A stretch of DNA of 64,000 nt from Octopus vulgaris (GCA_951406725.2 OX597825.1:68944001-69008000), one strand, 5' to 3'. Positions 39,131-52,563 are shown, counted from the first letter of the stretch. Numbers and translations: made by a program. The notes: a model not told the origin generated them from the sequence alone.

Positions 39131-39680
39131 ATGCCCTGATGCAGTACCAGGCAGTGGCTCTTGTGGCTTCTGATCTAAACTGATTGGAAGTGCTATCATG
39201 TACATTGTTTTGTCTTGGTATTAAAGATGGGCGACAGCAAATATTCTTCTTAATACCACAGATTTGCTTGTCAGTTGTTTGACCTTAAACAGTTGAGGAT
39301 GTCCCTTAGTGGCTGACGATATGTGCATCTCTGATCACGAGCAGAAGTAGTGGGGGAGCATCATAGTCGTGTGTTGAAAGGAATTCTTAGAGGTTTGGAT
39401 AATTCACCTTTGGAAACATGGGTGCTTCGTTCAACATCCTTAAACAACCCTTATTCAAGGACCTTTTGAGAGGGATGGGTTATTCGACCAGAAGAAAACT
39501 TTAACTGGGCCCCACCTGTCATGTGCTGTTTACCTTGATATGAGATCACCATGTCGCGCACATATGGTTGTGATGCATGTGCCTAGTGTACCCTTATCAG
39601 ATGGGTAGTCATGATGGGTATACTGGGCTTCGTATATTTTACCCCAGTGTCACTTTGATAGCATGCACTGTTCTCTCAAT
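39131..39680 (+). mobile_element. Group D element, apparently complete, in (TAA)n
   Basis: ATGCCCTGATGCAGTACCAGGCAGTGGC...CCCCAGTGTCACTTTGATAGCATGCACTGTTCTCTC followed by (AAT)n. Confidence 0.88.
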
Positions 39681-39689
39681 CAATCAATC

Positions 39690-39741
<52 letters not shown>

Positions 39742-41347
39742 GTAATAACAATCATTTTTACTATAGGCACTAGGCCTGAAATTTTAGGGGAAGATGAGCA
39801 AGTTGATTACATCAGTCCCTGTGCTTAAATGATGTTTTTTATTTTATCGGTTCTGAAAGGATAAAAGGCCAAGTCGACCTCGGTCTCAGCGAAAATATCT
39901 TTCTATTGAGGTATATTCATCACACCAATTGTTTAGACATGGACAAGAAAGAAATAAAACTGCCATATTTATTTATATTTGGAATATAATAATGAAATAT
40001 TTATAGGATTAATATCAACTGGACAGTCAATGATTCAGATCTCTCACGTATTGCCAGAATGAATTATCTACTATGTATATCCGAAAAATATAATATACTT
40101 TTGATTTATCGAACTGAAGGTTAGAGTTGTTCACTTCATGTTCCCATCAGAAGAAATAACAATTAACGCAATTTTCTCGCCATACCAATTAAATAATTAT
40201 ATATGCTATAGTAGCTAATACTTATACGCCAAGAAGTTTTACAAGCATTTTTTCCATACTGGAATATAATGGTAAAAATTAACTCTTCTCTGCAAATCAT
40301 TTTGCATTCAAGATTCCCGCGAACTTCATTCATAACTGTTCTAATGATAAAAATATTGATTTCAAAAATGTATAACACACATATACAACAAATTTACCTT
40401 TTCCGAATAGGAATTCTATGTCATACTATAACAGTTAATTATTTTTTATACCATTAAGTTTCTCATTTATTTACCTGCATATCATGTAAGTAAATAAATG
40501 CATTTCCCAATTGAGACAAATTTCACATATATAAATTCTACACGCGTATAGACTTATAGTGCCTTTATGAATTAACATTCTTTCTCTCAAAAGTTTTCCA
40601 CACTGCTATATGTATTCAATTTTGTCCAGTTGACTATGGTAAACTTTGTTACAAGTGTACTTACCTCTCTAACGCAAAACATCACTATATATAGCATACG
40701 TACTCCATGCTCAACCTTTAGTCTGTCTTTCCACCCCAGTTCAAATTTTCTCCTTTTTATTACCCCCTCGTTGAGAGTTTCCATATGCCTTTAGAAGAAA
40801 ATTTCGCCTATGATTGCTAGAGTGTGTCTCTTGGACTTGGGTGGAGAATAAAATAGCACGTGCCTGATATTTAAAACGAAAAATGAGGTAAGAATGTAGG
40901 CAGTGGTGTCGTGCTACTCTCGGGCAGGAAAATTACAACTAACATGGCCAGAGACAGTGTTGCCGGCATTGAGCCAAGACTTGAGATCGTCTTTGTGAAG
41001 GTGGGGATGAGTGCAAACAGCATGTGGTCGAGGGAGTTATGCATGTAGACAAAAGTTTTGCTGGACCTTGAACGCCACAAGGCTATACTGGATTGGAATA
41101 TACACCGCCGGAAGTTGTTGTTGACAAACAATAGCAGTAATTTTATTTAGCTGAATACACGTCATTGATTGGTTGAAATTACCGAAATACGAGAACTTTA
41201 AAACGAAATAACTTCGTAAATATAAACTTTTCTCAAAAACGCTAAGAGTAAAAGATATTTTATATGACACATTCTACCAGTATACGAAGTTTGAAAGTAT
41301 TTAGTTACAAAAAATTATTTTCTAAATCTGCCGGTCAAAAGGTAAAC

Positions 41348-41655
41348 ATCCGTGTTCTGAGTTCAAATTCCGCCGAGGTCGACTTTGCCTTTCATCCTGT
41401 CGGGTTCAGTAAACTAGGTACCAGTCAAGCACTGGGATTAATGTAATCGTCTATTTTCCTCCATCAATATTTCAGGACTTGTGTTTATAGTAAAAAGTAT
41501 TACTATTATTATTTGTCAAATCCCACCAAGGTCAATTTTACTGTTTATCCCTCAGGGTCGATAGAATAAGTACCCGTCAAATATTGGGGTTGATTTAATG
41601 GACTTGCCACCGATCTCAAAATTGCTGGCTTTGCTCCGAAATTACAAAGAATTAT
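41348..41655 (+). mobile_element. Two diverged SINE group C fragments
   Basis: GAGTTCAAATTCCGCCGAGGTCGACTTTGCC at about 41359. Confidence 0.75.
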
Positions 41656-42738
41656 TATACGTCCTGTAGATTGTAGAATCACGATGAATCGAGGAAAACA
41701 ATACCTTGTGGTAATCGGTGACATCCTTATATGTTATAATAAGTGCTACATGGGGTAGAATTTGTCTTTCATTATCTCCAGAGTGGACAAAATAGTTTGC
41801 ATCAAAAACTGACTTCGATTAAATCAACTCTTGCCTTCCTCCCAAAATGTTTACCATGGGCCTATTCTTAAAAAAATAAAAACAATTGTGTTCCATGCCT
41901 GATTTTTCGTAATCGATTCTAGGTACAGCGCCCACTGTTTTACTATTTTGGACAAGTAATGTCCTCTCATTGATCGCCCCTGCGGCAAATGAATACTCGA
42001 ATATAATTATTGTTGTATTAAATATTGAAGCATTTTTTATTCATGCTGCTCTCGACATTATTATATTTCACTGAATCCGATTTAGCAGCGAAATTGTTTC
42101 CATCATTATTATTATTATTATTTTGCTCTTCATCCTACTCTGTTTAATTTTAATTTATAGCAAAAAAAATAATAAAAAAATAAACAGAAGGAAAATAAAG
42201 AATTAACAGTAACGATGTCAAATCTTTTGGGAGTTATGCGAGACTTCAACTGGAACCACTCAGCAGAAATAATTGTAACAAAATAAAATTGTTAAAATAA
42301 AAGTTATTTTATTCCACTGGGAATTAAGCACAAGAGAAACGTAGCTAACATTTGGGCAAATATAAAATACAATAGAATATAGAACACAAATAACATAGAG
42401 ACACAGATAGAAAACAAAAAAAATGCAATTTATGGCGGATTAAAAACAGTTGAAGTAAAAGCGCATATTGAGGAGAAAAAAAAAAGAACAACAATCCATA
42501 ATTCCTTTTGTTTGTCATCGGTAAAAATTTGGATTAATTAGAAATTACTTCTAAGAAGAATTGATTATTTTTTGTTGAATATGGAATTAATTAAACGGTA
42601 TTGAAATCAACAGGGGACGCGACCTCTCCAGTATCATTCTGCTGTGGAGGTTCAGTTTCTGTAAATGTTGCTATACACACTCATGCATGTACACATATAC
42701 ATACATACATACACATGCTCTCTTACACATACTGAATG

Positions 42739-42823
<85 letters not shown>

Positions 42824-43076
42824 TTACTAATATAAGGGTAAATAATTATTAATTTTAAAATTAATAATTATTACCAAGTAGTAGTTTCGATATGGAAAGA
42901 GAATCATTATCGGTTGGAACTTTTACAAAAGGTTTATATATATATATATATGATTAGGGTTAAGCAACAAGTTATGTAGAGTAATATCTGTAGAAAAAAG
43001 GAATAGGCGGTCTTTGGTTGCTATTTCTAAATTTTCGGTATGTGGTTAAGCAACAAGTTGCTTAACCCTAATTATG

Positions 43077-43132
<56 letters not shown>

Positions 43133-43163
43133 CAAAATAAGCAACAAGTATATCCGAGGTAGC

Positions 43164-43249
43164 GTAGTACAATTGTTTCATGCTACTTCATTTTATTAAA
43201 CACTGTAAGTATTACATCAGTTATAAAATGTCGAGCAATCTTCAGCCAC
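43164..43249 (-). ncRNA. Hammerhead ribozyme motif with palindromic stem III
   Basis: rc GTGG-CTGAAGA-TTGCT...AGCAT-GAAA-CAATTG-TA-CTAC; core intact; next to (TA)n. Confidence 0.7.
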
Positions 43250-43377
43250 TTATAGAATTTTCCAATCAAACGGACAATGCACATTCTTATCTCTATTTCA
43301 TTTGCCAACATTATAGAGAGGGTAGATATATAGACAGAGAGGTTGATTTCATTCTTAAGAACATGATAGTAGTGAAT

Positions 43378-43415
<38 letters not shown>

Positions 43416-44038
43416 TATGAATACTGACAGTGACGTTGAAGTTTCGGCATGCGTTAAGTGAATCTTGTCTTTGTATAGTCTCTGTTGAGATAACATTTTT
43501 CTGGGGTTTGTGAGATTCAGTTGAATGGTAATGCGATTAAAGGGATGGTTCGTGGTTGAGAGGTATTGTGGAGAAATATAAATTGATTAAATTAGGGGTT
43601 ATGTTATTATTCAGAATTTATTTGATAGCCCGCAGAGATATCATAAAGTAGATGTGGCAACGTGAATAAAATATGAATGAAGCAATAAAGGGAAAAATGC
43701 ATATTCTTGGAACCATAAACGCTGGTTGCACAATTTAAAATCTGTAGGTACACTAAGGCTTGCACATTACCTCACAGTCCACCCTCACCCTGTTGACATG
43801 ATCCAGAGACAAACCAGGGTAAGATATCCAGTCTCAATATAGGTTGCAGGAACAGGAGGTGGGGTGAAAAAATCTCGAGCACAAGCAGAAGATCTCCAAA
43901 ATGCCCCTCGCCATCCGTGCATTTTCAGTTAAACATCAGAGTGACCATCTCATAGAGACATGCTGTAACAAAAGTTGGGGGCCTTAACAAAAGCCTTGTG
44001 AGTGGATTTGGTAGACGGAAACTGAACAAAGCCCATCT

Positions 44039-44097
<59 letters not shown>

Positions 44098-44322
44098 TGG
44101 TAAAAACGGTAAGATAAAAGAAAGAAAGAGACCTCAATATTATGTAAATAGAGGAAATTTATCTATAAAATAATATGTTACATTACTCAATAGTCAAGAT
44201 AAAACTCTGAGTTTCAGATGCCGAAGTGGAAATCCACAACACCATCTCTTCGAAGAGATGGTGTTGTAGATTTCCACTTCGGCATCTGAAACTCAGAGTT
44301 TTATCTTGACTATGTAACATAT

Positions 44323-44331
<9 letters not shown>
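44098..44331. mobile_element. Fold-back hammerhead element, palindrome centred on TTCGAA (44249-44254)
   Basis: Arms about 44164-44251 / 44252-44331; GAAGA-GATG...CATCT-GAAA-CTCAGAG-TT; (TA)n on both sides. Confidence 0.8.
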
Positions 44332-44369
<38 letters not shown>

Positions 44370-44623
44370 TTTGAGGGAATAAAATCCAAGCATACAAGGA
44401 AAAAAATTCAATTTAGAAATACTAAATCAAATTTCATGCAATATAATATATATATATAAAATTAGAAAAAAACCCACCTTTTTTCAATTTAAAATGGACA
44501 ATTAAATTACACCATCTAGAAAATTACATATAATAGAAAAATTAAAATTGAAATAACAATAATATGTCAAAGATTAAGTAAATTGCAAAAAATAATAATA
44601 AAAACGTATATAATAGGTAGAAA

Positions 44624-44699
44624 CACGACACGTGTTTCGTGGCTATATTTAAGAAGTAGAGAAATTACTTCGATATAAATAAAGTCGCTCATCAGGTTA
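44624..44699 (-). ncRNA. Hammerhead ribozyme motif within a (TA)n-anchored AT-rich element (44365-44745)
   Basis: rc AAC-CTGATGA-GCGAC...GCCAC-GAAA-CACGTG-TC-GT; intact core, weak stems. Confidence 0.65.
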
Positions 44700-45026
44700 A
44701 AAATAAATTAGAACAATAAAATAATTAATTAAATAGTTAATAAAATGATGCCCCAGTATGGTCGCAGTTTAATGACTGAAACGACCAAAATCTAAGACAC
44801 ACAGACACACACACACACATATATACAGGGTACAGCTTGTCGTTTCCTAATTTCTGGCAGAGTGAATTGCGTCATGGTGCTATTTTTCTCACAGACGGTG
44901 TCCAACTGACCCTAGTATACTGTGTAGTCGACAAAATCAGAAATAAACAACGCACATGCACGAAATAAGAAAATATAAAATGGCGACAATTTACCCGTCG
45001 CACCCACGCGTGTGTGTATGTGTGTA

Positions 45027-45143
<117 letters not shown>

Positions 45144-45157
45144 TAGATAGATAGATA

Positions 45158-45475
45158 TGGCTCAATGGTTAGAGCATTGAGCTTATGATCGTGAGGTTCT
45201 GAGTTCCAATCCCGGACCGGGCTGCATATTGTGTTCTTGAGCAAGACACTTTATTTCACATTCTCCAGTTCACTCAGCTGTAGAAATGGGTTGTGATGTC
45301 ACAGGTGCCAAGCTGTATCGGCCCCTTTGCCTTTCCCTTGGATAACACTGGTGGCGTGGAGAAGGGTGCCGTTATGCATGGGCGACTGCTGGTCTTCCAT
45401 AAACAATCTTGCCCGGACTTGTGCCTGGGAGGGTAACTTTCTAGGTGCAATCCCATGGTCAGTCATGACCGAAGG

Positions 45476-45477
<2 letters not shown>
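45158..45477 (+). mobile_element. SINE group B-related (head 2-like + tail Z)
   Basis: TGGCTCAATGGTTAGAGC A box, GAGTTCCAATCCC B box, TGTGTTCTTGAGCAAGACAC core, tail not shared with the other copies. Confidence 0.8.
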
Positions 45478-45519
<42 letters not shown>

Positions 45520-45529
45520 TGTAAAATAA

Positions 45530-45965
45530 CATTTACTTGTTTCAGTCATTATATTGTGACACCTGTGGGGCACTGCCTTGAAAAATTTCCCCCAGTACTT
45601 ATGTTTTAAAGCCTATTACATACTCCTGGTTTTGCAGAAATGCTCACATGCAGGGACGTAAACACAACAGCACCTGTTGTGAAGTGGTGGATGGGGGACA
45701 GACCCAGACTCAATGACACACGCACACTCAAACACACGCACATACACAGACACAGATACAGACACACAGACAGACAGACAGACAGATACACACATATATA
45801 TATATATGACAGTCTTTGGTTGGCCCAAAACTATAACAAAAAACAAGGCTTTTGTCGGCCCGAAGCTATAATGGAAGACCCCCACTCAAGGTACCACGTA
45901 GTGGGACTGAACTCAGAACCATGTGGTTGGGAACCAAACTTTTTACCACACACTCACTCCTGCCC
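45530..45965 (-). mobile_element. SINE group A (diverged)
   Basis: Reverse-complement match. Confidence 0.8.
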
Positions 45966-46130
45966 ACGCACACACACGCCGCACGCACACACACGCCGCA
46001 CGCACACACACACCAGAAGCACACACACGCCGCACGCACACACACGCCACACGCACGCACACGCCGCACGCACACACACGCCGCACGCACACACACGCCA
46101 CACGCACACATACGCCACACACACACACAA
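45965..46130. repeat. ~17-bp CACGCCGCACGCACACA minisatellite
   Basis: Visible tandem copies derived from (CA)n. Confidence 0.85.
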
Positions 46131-46178
46131 ATTCATAATACATTTTATATATAGATACACATTTACATTCTTATCTAA

Positions 46179-46238
<60 letters not shown>

Positions 46239-46890
46239 CTTTAGATAAGAATGTAAATGTGTATCTATATATCATGTTTATATACATATTCATATATACA
46301 TATTTACTTACGAGTATATGTACCTATGTATACGTAGTTCAAAATGACAGGTAATTGTAATATATGTCTCGGAGAAACAGCAAGAGTGTACTTCACTCAA
46401 AGTAGATTGAATTAGACTCAATTGATACACTTCAAGCGGAGGAATTCAGTTCATAGAGAACTAATGCTATGAAACAGTCGTTATTCACAGTATTCAGGTA
46501 CAGTATTTATCGCTGAATTGTCTGGCAACCATTATTATTACCGTAAATCTTTTACATGACAGAACGCTCTAAGCCACGAACGTTTCATTATCATTTTATA
46601 TGGTAGTTCTTAACTTGAAATACAGGTTTGTACATCTGTGTGTATTCAGAGTAGTGTTTTAGCTTTATGCTTGTCTTTCAGGATTATTGTTGTTGTGCTT
46701 GCTATTGTTGCTGTTATTATTCTATTATCCGTCTGTCTCTACGTTCTCATTTCAAATTCTGCCGTGGTCGACTTCTTTCATCCTTTCCGGGTCGATAAAA
46801 TAAACCTCAGTTGAGCACAGGTCGACATACCCCATACATAGAATTTGCTGGCCTTGTACTTAAATTCGAAACCATTATTTATTATTATTA

Positions 46891-46929
<39 letters not shown>

Positions 46930-46930
<1 letters not shown>

Positions 46931-47245
46931 GTTTTTTCCTTCTTTCTTCAAATTTTCTTCCGTTTCTCGCCGAGTGTTTTCCATACACCTAGGGCAGAGA
47001 AGGGCATTGTATGCATTCCCAGATTACACGCGCAAATTCACAGATAACATATGTATTTAAAAATTAATAAATAAATAAATTCATGGATGGATGTTATTTT
47101 CACAGCGATAGTGCTCTTCTCAGTACATGAGCCGTTCCAGTTAATACGATTTTTTGCACTACCTGTAGGGATGGTAAGCCTGGAATCATTTTCAAATAGG
47201 TTTCAGTGCCTTTTTTTTATCATTCCTAAAGATCCTACAATCACT
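46930..47245 (-). mobile_element. Dong/R4 LINE 3' end
   Basis: rc IVGSLGMIKK... then a 3' UTR CCCTAGG..AAACACTCGGC like 17839-17890; (TTA)n flanks. Confidence 0.8.
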
Positions 47246-47253
47246 GATATTAC

Positions 47254-47296
<43 letters not shown>

Positions 47297-47304
47297 ATTA
47301 TTAT

Positions 47305-47570
47305 TGAGTGGGAGAGCAGTGCATGCCATCAAAGTAACACTGGGGTAAAATATACGAAGCCCGATATACTTGTCATGACTACCCGTCTGATAAGGGTACA
47401 TCAAGCATCTGCATCACAGCCGTATGTGCGCGACGTAGTGATCTCATATCAAGATAAACGGTGGGGCCCAGTTAGAAATTTCTTCAGTTCGAGTAGCCCA
47501 TCCTGCACAAAAGGTCTCTGGTTACGGACTGTTTAAGAATGTTGAACCGATGCTTCCGGAGGTGAATTAT
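47305..47570 (-). mobile_element. Group D element, 3' part
   Basis: Reverse complement of 39410-39680. Confidence 0.8.
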
Positions 47571-47574
47571 TCGA

Positions 47575-48365
47575 TTACTCTCCTCATTGATTACAATATT
47601 CGTATTTTCCACTTCAAATCGTCATAGTTGGTCAGTTTTTCTTCTCTCTCATTGATCCTGTTGTCACCGTGACATGCTATGTCGATTATCATGCATGTTC
47701 TTTCTTTTTCTTTCCACCTCAGTAATGTCCGGTTTCTGATGTCTGGTCAAGTGATCGCACTGAATCATTGCACCCCAACAGACTTTGCAATTTTCATTCT
47801 CGGTGACTCCTTCTGGGACTTACTCATACCACGTCTTTGCTCTACGCAGGCCGTGGTTTTCACTGAGGTCCCAATAGATCATTTTTGCCACATTGTCATG
47901 TCGTCTTTTATATTCATGTTGTGCCAGTTTCGGGCATTCGCTAATCATGTGCCACACCGTTTCATAACTCCCATCACACATTCTGCATTTGTCGCTGTCG
48001 GCAGCGTTGTCGATTCTGCACTTCAGTTAGTCCTTAACACTTGCTCTTGAGCTGCGCATATAAGTGTTTCCGTCTCTGTATTCAGGTCACTCTTCCTCAT
48101 CTATAGCCACCGATCTTCCGTATCTGTCTTGGCGTTCCTATCTCTTGCAAACTAACCGTACATCTTTTCCTTCAATGCTGTTTCATTTTTAGCGTTCTTT
48201 CCCTCGTTAAGGATTTCTTTCTCTACACAGTTATCAGTTTTAATGACGCTAGCCTTCTCACATATTTCAACAAAGGTTCCACGGCATTTGTTTTTGCATA
48301 CCACCCTCAACTGTTTTCCTCTGCTTCGATACAATCCTGGCAACTAATCAAACCTCTTCCAACCT
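47575..48365 (-). mobile_element. Dong/R4 LINE fragment (thumb, CCHC, RLE; decayed)
   Basis: rc motifs LNTETETLICAAQEQVLRTN, zinc knuckle, RHDNVAKMIYW, RKPDIT..EKERTCMIIDIAC. Confidence 0.85.
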
Positions 48366-48367
48366 AT

Positions 48368-48374
48368 CTTCTTC

Positions 48375-48422
<48 letters not shown>

Positions 48423-48551
48423 TTCTTCTTCTCCTTCTTCATCATCATCATCATCATCATAATCTTCATCATCTTCTTCTCCTTCTTCATCTTCTTCATC
48501 ATCATCATAATCATCAACTTCTTCATCATCATCATCATAATCCTCAACTTC

Positions 48552-48596
<45 letters not shown>

Positions 48597-48714
48597 TTCT
48601 TCTTCTTCATCATCATCATCATCTTCATCATCATCATCATCTTCTCCTTCTTCATCATCATCATCATCATCATCATCTTCTTCTTCTTCTTCTTCTTCTT
48701 CTTCTTCTTCTTCG

Positions 48715-48755
<41 letters not shown>

Positions 48756-48765
48756 TTCTTCTTCT
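48368..48765. repeat. Compound (CAT)n/(CTT)n microsatellite
   Basis: Directly visible; source of the poly-M/K ORF. Confidence 0.95.
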
Positions 48766-49147
48766 TTAAAATTTTTGAGTTTAATTAAATAAATACCTAA
48801 TGTAGCATATAATATACATGTAGTTTAAATATCATTTCAGCTATTGGCACAGGGCCTGAAACTTTGGCGGGAGCGGGGCAAGTCGATATGATCGACTTCG
48901 GCGGAATTTACCCTCAGGACGTAAACACGTACTAACGATTCGGCCAGCTCGCCACCTTCACATTTATATGCCTGTATGTGTATTTGTTTGAGTGTGTGTG
49001 AATTAGTGTGGTGTTGGTGCATATGTGTATGTAATCACATCATACATATATGCTTATGTATATATATTTATATGCATGTATGTATGTATGTCTATGCATA
49101 CATATATATGTATTTATATATATATATGCATACACACATAAATATAC

Positions 49148-49194
<47 letters not shown>

Positions 49195-49388
49195 CAAATA
49201 CAGAAACATATATGTATACACACATACACACACACGCACACACGCGCGCACAAACAAACATACACACACATATATATATACACATAAAAATGCAGAAACA
49301 TATATGTATATACACGCACATATAAATACATATTTTAATATCTGTACTTATATCTATCTGTGCACACCCACAGGCACATAAAGTTCTG

Positions 49389-49431
<43 letters not shown>

Positions 49432-49499
49432 CATATGTATGCATATATAAGCAAATAAATATATATAAATGTACATATATAAATATATATATACACACA

Positions 49500-49572
<73 letters not shown>

Positions 49573-49811
49573 TACTATATATATATATATATATATATAT
49601 TTGTATGAACAGAATAATATCAGAAGCGCTATTGAACAATCGAATTAACGGAAGCGGGGTTTGTCTGGTAACACATGAAATCTGTAAATCTATTCAATGT
49701 AGTTATCTTTAACTTGTATTGTCTCCTCTTTTGATCTCTGGTACCTTGATCTTTGATTGAAGTATTACCAACCCACACTTATTCACATACATACTTATAT
49801 GCGTAAGTCTA

Positions 49812-49893
<82 letters not shown>

Positions 49894-50704
49894 GTCTGTC
49901 TGTCTCTCTGTCTGTAAAGTTCTATCTATGCAAGACTAATAAAAATATTGGTAGCCACTATCAAATATATGTTTCCTGAAGTAAAATCCGCTCACAGTAT
50001 GTATTTAGTGGTATACTAGAAAATGCTTCAGTTTTATTCATCTTGTCAAAATGATTCACTTTTGTTTAATAAAGGCGGTTAAGATCGGAACCTTTTGCCG
50101 TGTGTCTGTATTTATGTATGCATGTATGTATGTATGTATGTATGTATGTATGTATGTATGTATGTATGTATGTATGTATGTATGTCATATATATACATAC
50201 ATAGAAATATAAAAATATACAAAGAGCAAAGATACTAAAGATTCAGTATATACCACGTGGCAAAATTATGGGTTGAAAATATGTGGAAAAACATTCTTTA
50301 AAAAGTGGAAGAGAAATGCCTTCGTTTCATATAGTTTAATATCTTTTTATAAGTATATATATATATTATATGGATGTCGTGAAATCCAACCGGTTTTCGC
50401 TATTTGAATTAGCTTTTCAAGGTACATTGTACAGTAATCAATCCTCGTGATAGAGGGGTCTTGTCATTTTGGATGGTTGAAAAATAAGAATGAGTCTAGA
50501 GAGTGAACCACGGTCATCTTTGTCATTCTTGCGTTGGGAGTCCATATAAATCATGGAACTAATCAAGTATTAAAGTTGATACAATCGACTAAGGGCCTCC
50601 TCCCCTCAAAACTGATAACCTCAAGGTCATCAATATTTGGAACGTTGTTGTTGTTGTTGTTGTTGCTCTTCTTCTTCTTCTTCTTCTTATTATTATTATG
50701 ATGG

Positions 50705-50918
50705 AATGAATGAGCAGCGGATGGCATCAAAGTGACACAGGGTAAAATATACCAAGCCCAGTATACCCATCATGACCACCCGTCTGATAAGGGTACACCA
50801 GGCACTTGAATGACAACCATGTGTGCGTTGTATTGCATCAGGCCATTCCACCAGAGCCAGTACTTGGTGTTGCATGAGGATATACCATGAAAGCTAGTGC
50901 CTGGTTTTGCATCAGGGC

Positions 50919-50958
<40 letters not shown>

Positions 50959-51270
50959 GAGTGAGCCCAGTATACCCATCATGGCTACCCGTCTGATAAA
51001 GGAAACTCCATAGAATTCCTCCCAACACATAGCTATGATGCTCCCCACCACTATGTCTGCTCATGATCAAAGATGTACATATTGCCAGCCACTAAGGGAC
51101 ATGCTCAACTGCTTAGGATCAAATAACCGACAAGTAAATCTGTGGTATTGAGCAGAATATTTGCTGTAGCCCATCTTTTATACCAAGACAAAACAATGTG
51201 CATGGTAACACTTCCAATCAGTTAAGATCAGAAGTCATGAGAGCCAGTGCCTGGGACTGCATCAGGGCAT
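50705..51270 (-). mobile_element. Two group D copies (internally deleted variants) separated by (TTA)n
   Basis: Both have the 5' end GCCCTGATGCA (rc), at about 50918 and 51269. Confidence 0.82.
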
Positions 51271-51297
51271 ATATTATTATTATATTATTATTATTAC

Positions 51298-51341
<44 letters not shown>

Positions 51342-51342
<1 letters not shown>

Positions 51343-52563
51343 GTTTGACTTTTGCCTTTATATTTGTACAAGTTGGCTCCAAGTCTCACCCAGAGACCTC
51401 AAGAGACAACAGGTTGGAAGTTCACGTTGTTGTTATGCCTAGTGTGCCATATATTTGGTTGTTTTTTGTGTTGTACTAGTGGGTGTCTAAAAAAATGTTT
51501 GTTTTAAACCTTGAGATTACATAGAAAGTATTTTGCGTAGAATATGAGCAGTTCCCATGAGCACTATCTTTTGAATTTCTGCCATTTTGGGGTTTCCTGG
51601 TATCTGAGTTAGGTAGCAATCAGCCCCTTTTGCTATCATTCCCAGGGCACCTATGACAACAGGTATTGTTTTAGTTTTCAGGTTCCACATTTTGCTGATT
51701 TCTATTTCAAGATCTTTATATTTGCTCAGTTTTTGGTAGGTCTTGACAGATACGTTTATATCGATTGGGACAGTCATATCAATGAGGAGGCATGTTCTTT
51801 GTTTGAAGTCTTTCAATATGATGTCTGGCCTATTTGCATCTATCTTTCTGTCAGTTTGAATGATGAAGTTCCAGAGGAGTGAGATGTGGTCATTTTCAAG
51901 CACTGGGGGTGGTTTGTGTTCCCACCAGTTTTTTCATGGGGCAAATCCAGGTTTTTGCAGATTACCCAGTGAATATATTGTGCAGCTCTATCATGCCTGT
52001 TGAGATACTCTGTAGGCGCTAGAAGACTGCACTTGGAGACCACATGATCAATGGTTTCATTTTGTTGCTGACATACACGACATGTTGGGCTACTGCCGAT
52101 CTTTAATATGTTGGCCTGGTAGTTTCTTGTTGGTAGGCATTGATTTTGAGCTGCTATGATAAACCCCCCTGTTTCAGATTTTAAGCCACAGGCCATTAGC
52201 CATTGATGGGTCAGGGCTTTGTCAACATCTGCATTATTCGCTCTCTTTGGGTATTTGCCATAGAGAGGTTTTCTTGCCATTTATCATTCAGAATATCTAA
52301 GTTTGCAGATTTAGCACGGGTTTTCATGCGCTTAGCTTTTTCTGTGCCTGTTTCGTGTATGTCTATCTCTAATTCTGAAATTTGTTGTAATCGGAATTCA
52401 CTTAGATATTCCTTTGCCTGTTTTGTTACTGAGTATGATGCTTTCTTGTTTTCATGTTTTGAGACAAGTTTTAACATCCAGTCCTCAGGGTTTTCAGGTA
52501 GGTGTCTAGGCCAATTGTAGCAATCTTCGTTGTTATTGCCAGTTGTAAAAGTCCACGGCCTCC

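Noticed and set aside
43207-43224. TAAGTATTACATCAGTTA resembles miR-12
   Set aside because: Seed mismatch, no precursor hairpin, and it lies inside the hammerhead loop of a repeat.
47383-47400. CTGATAAG in group D as a hammerhead core
   Set aside because: No properly placed stem II-GAAA partner.
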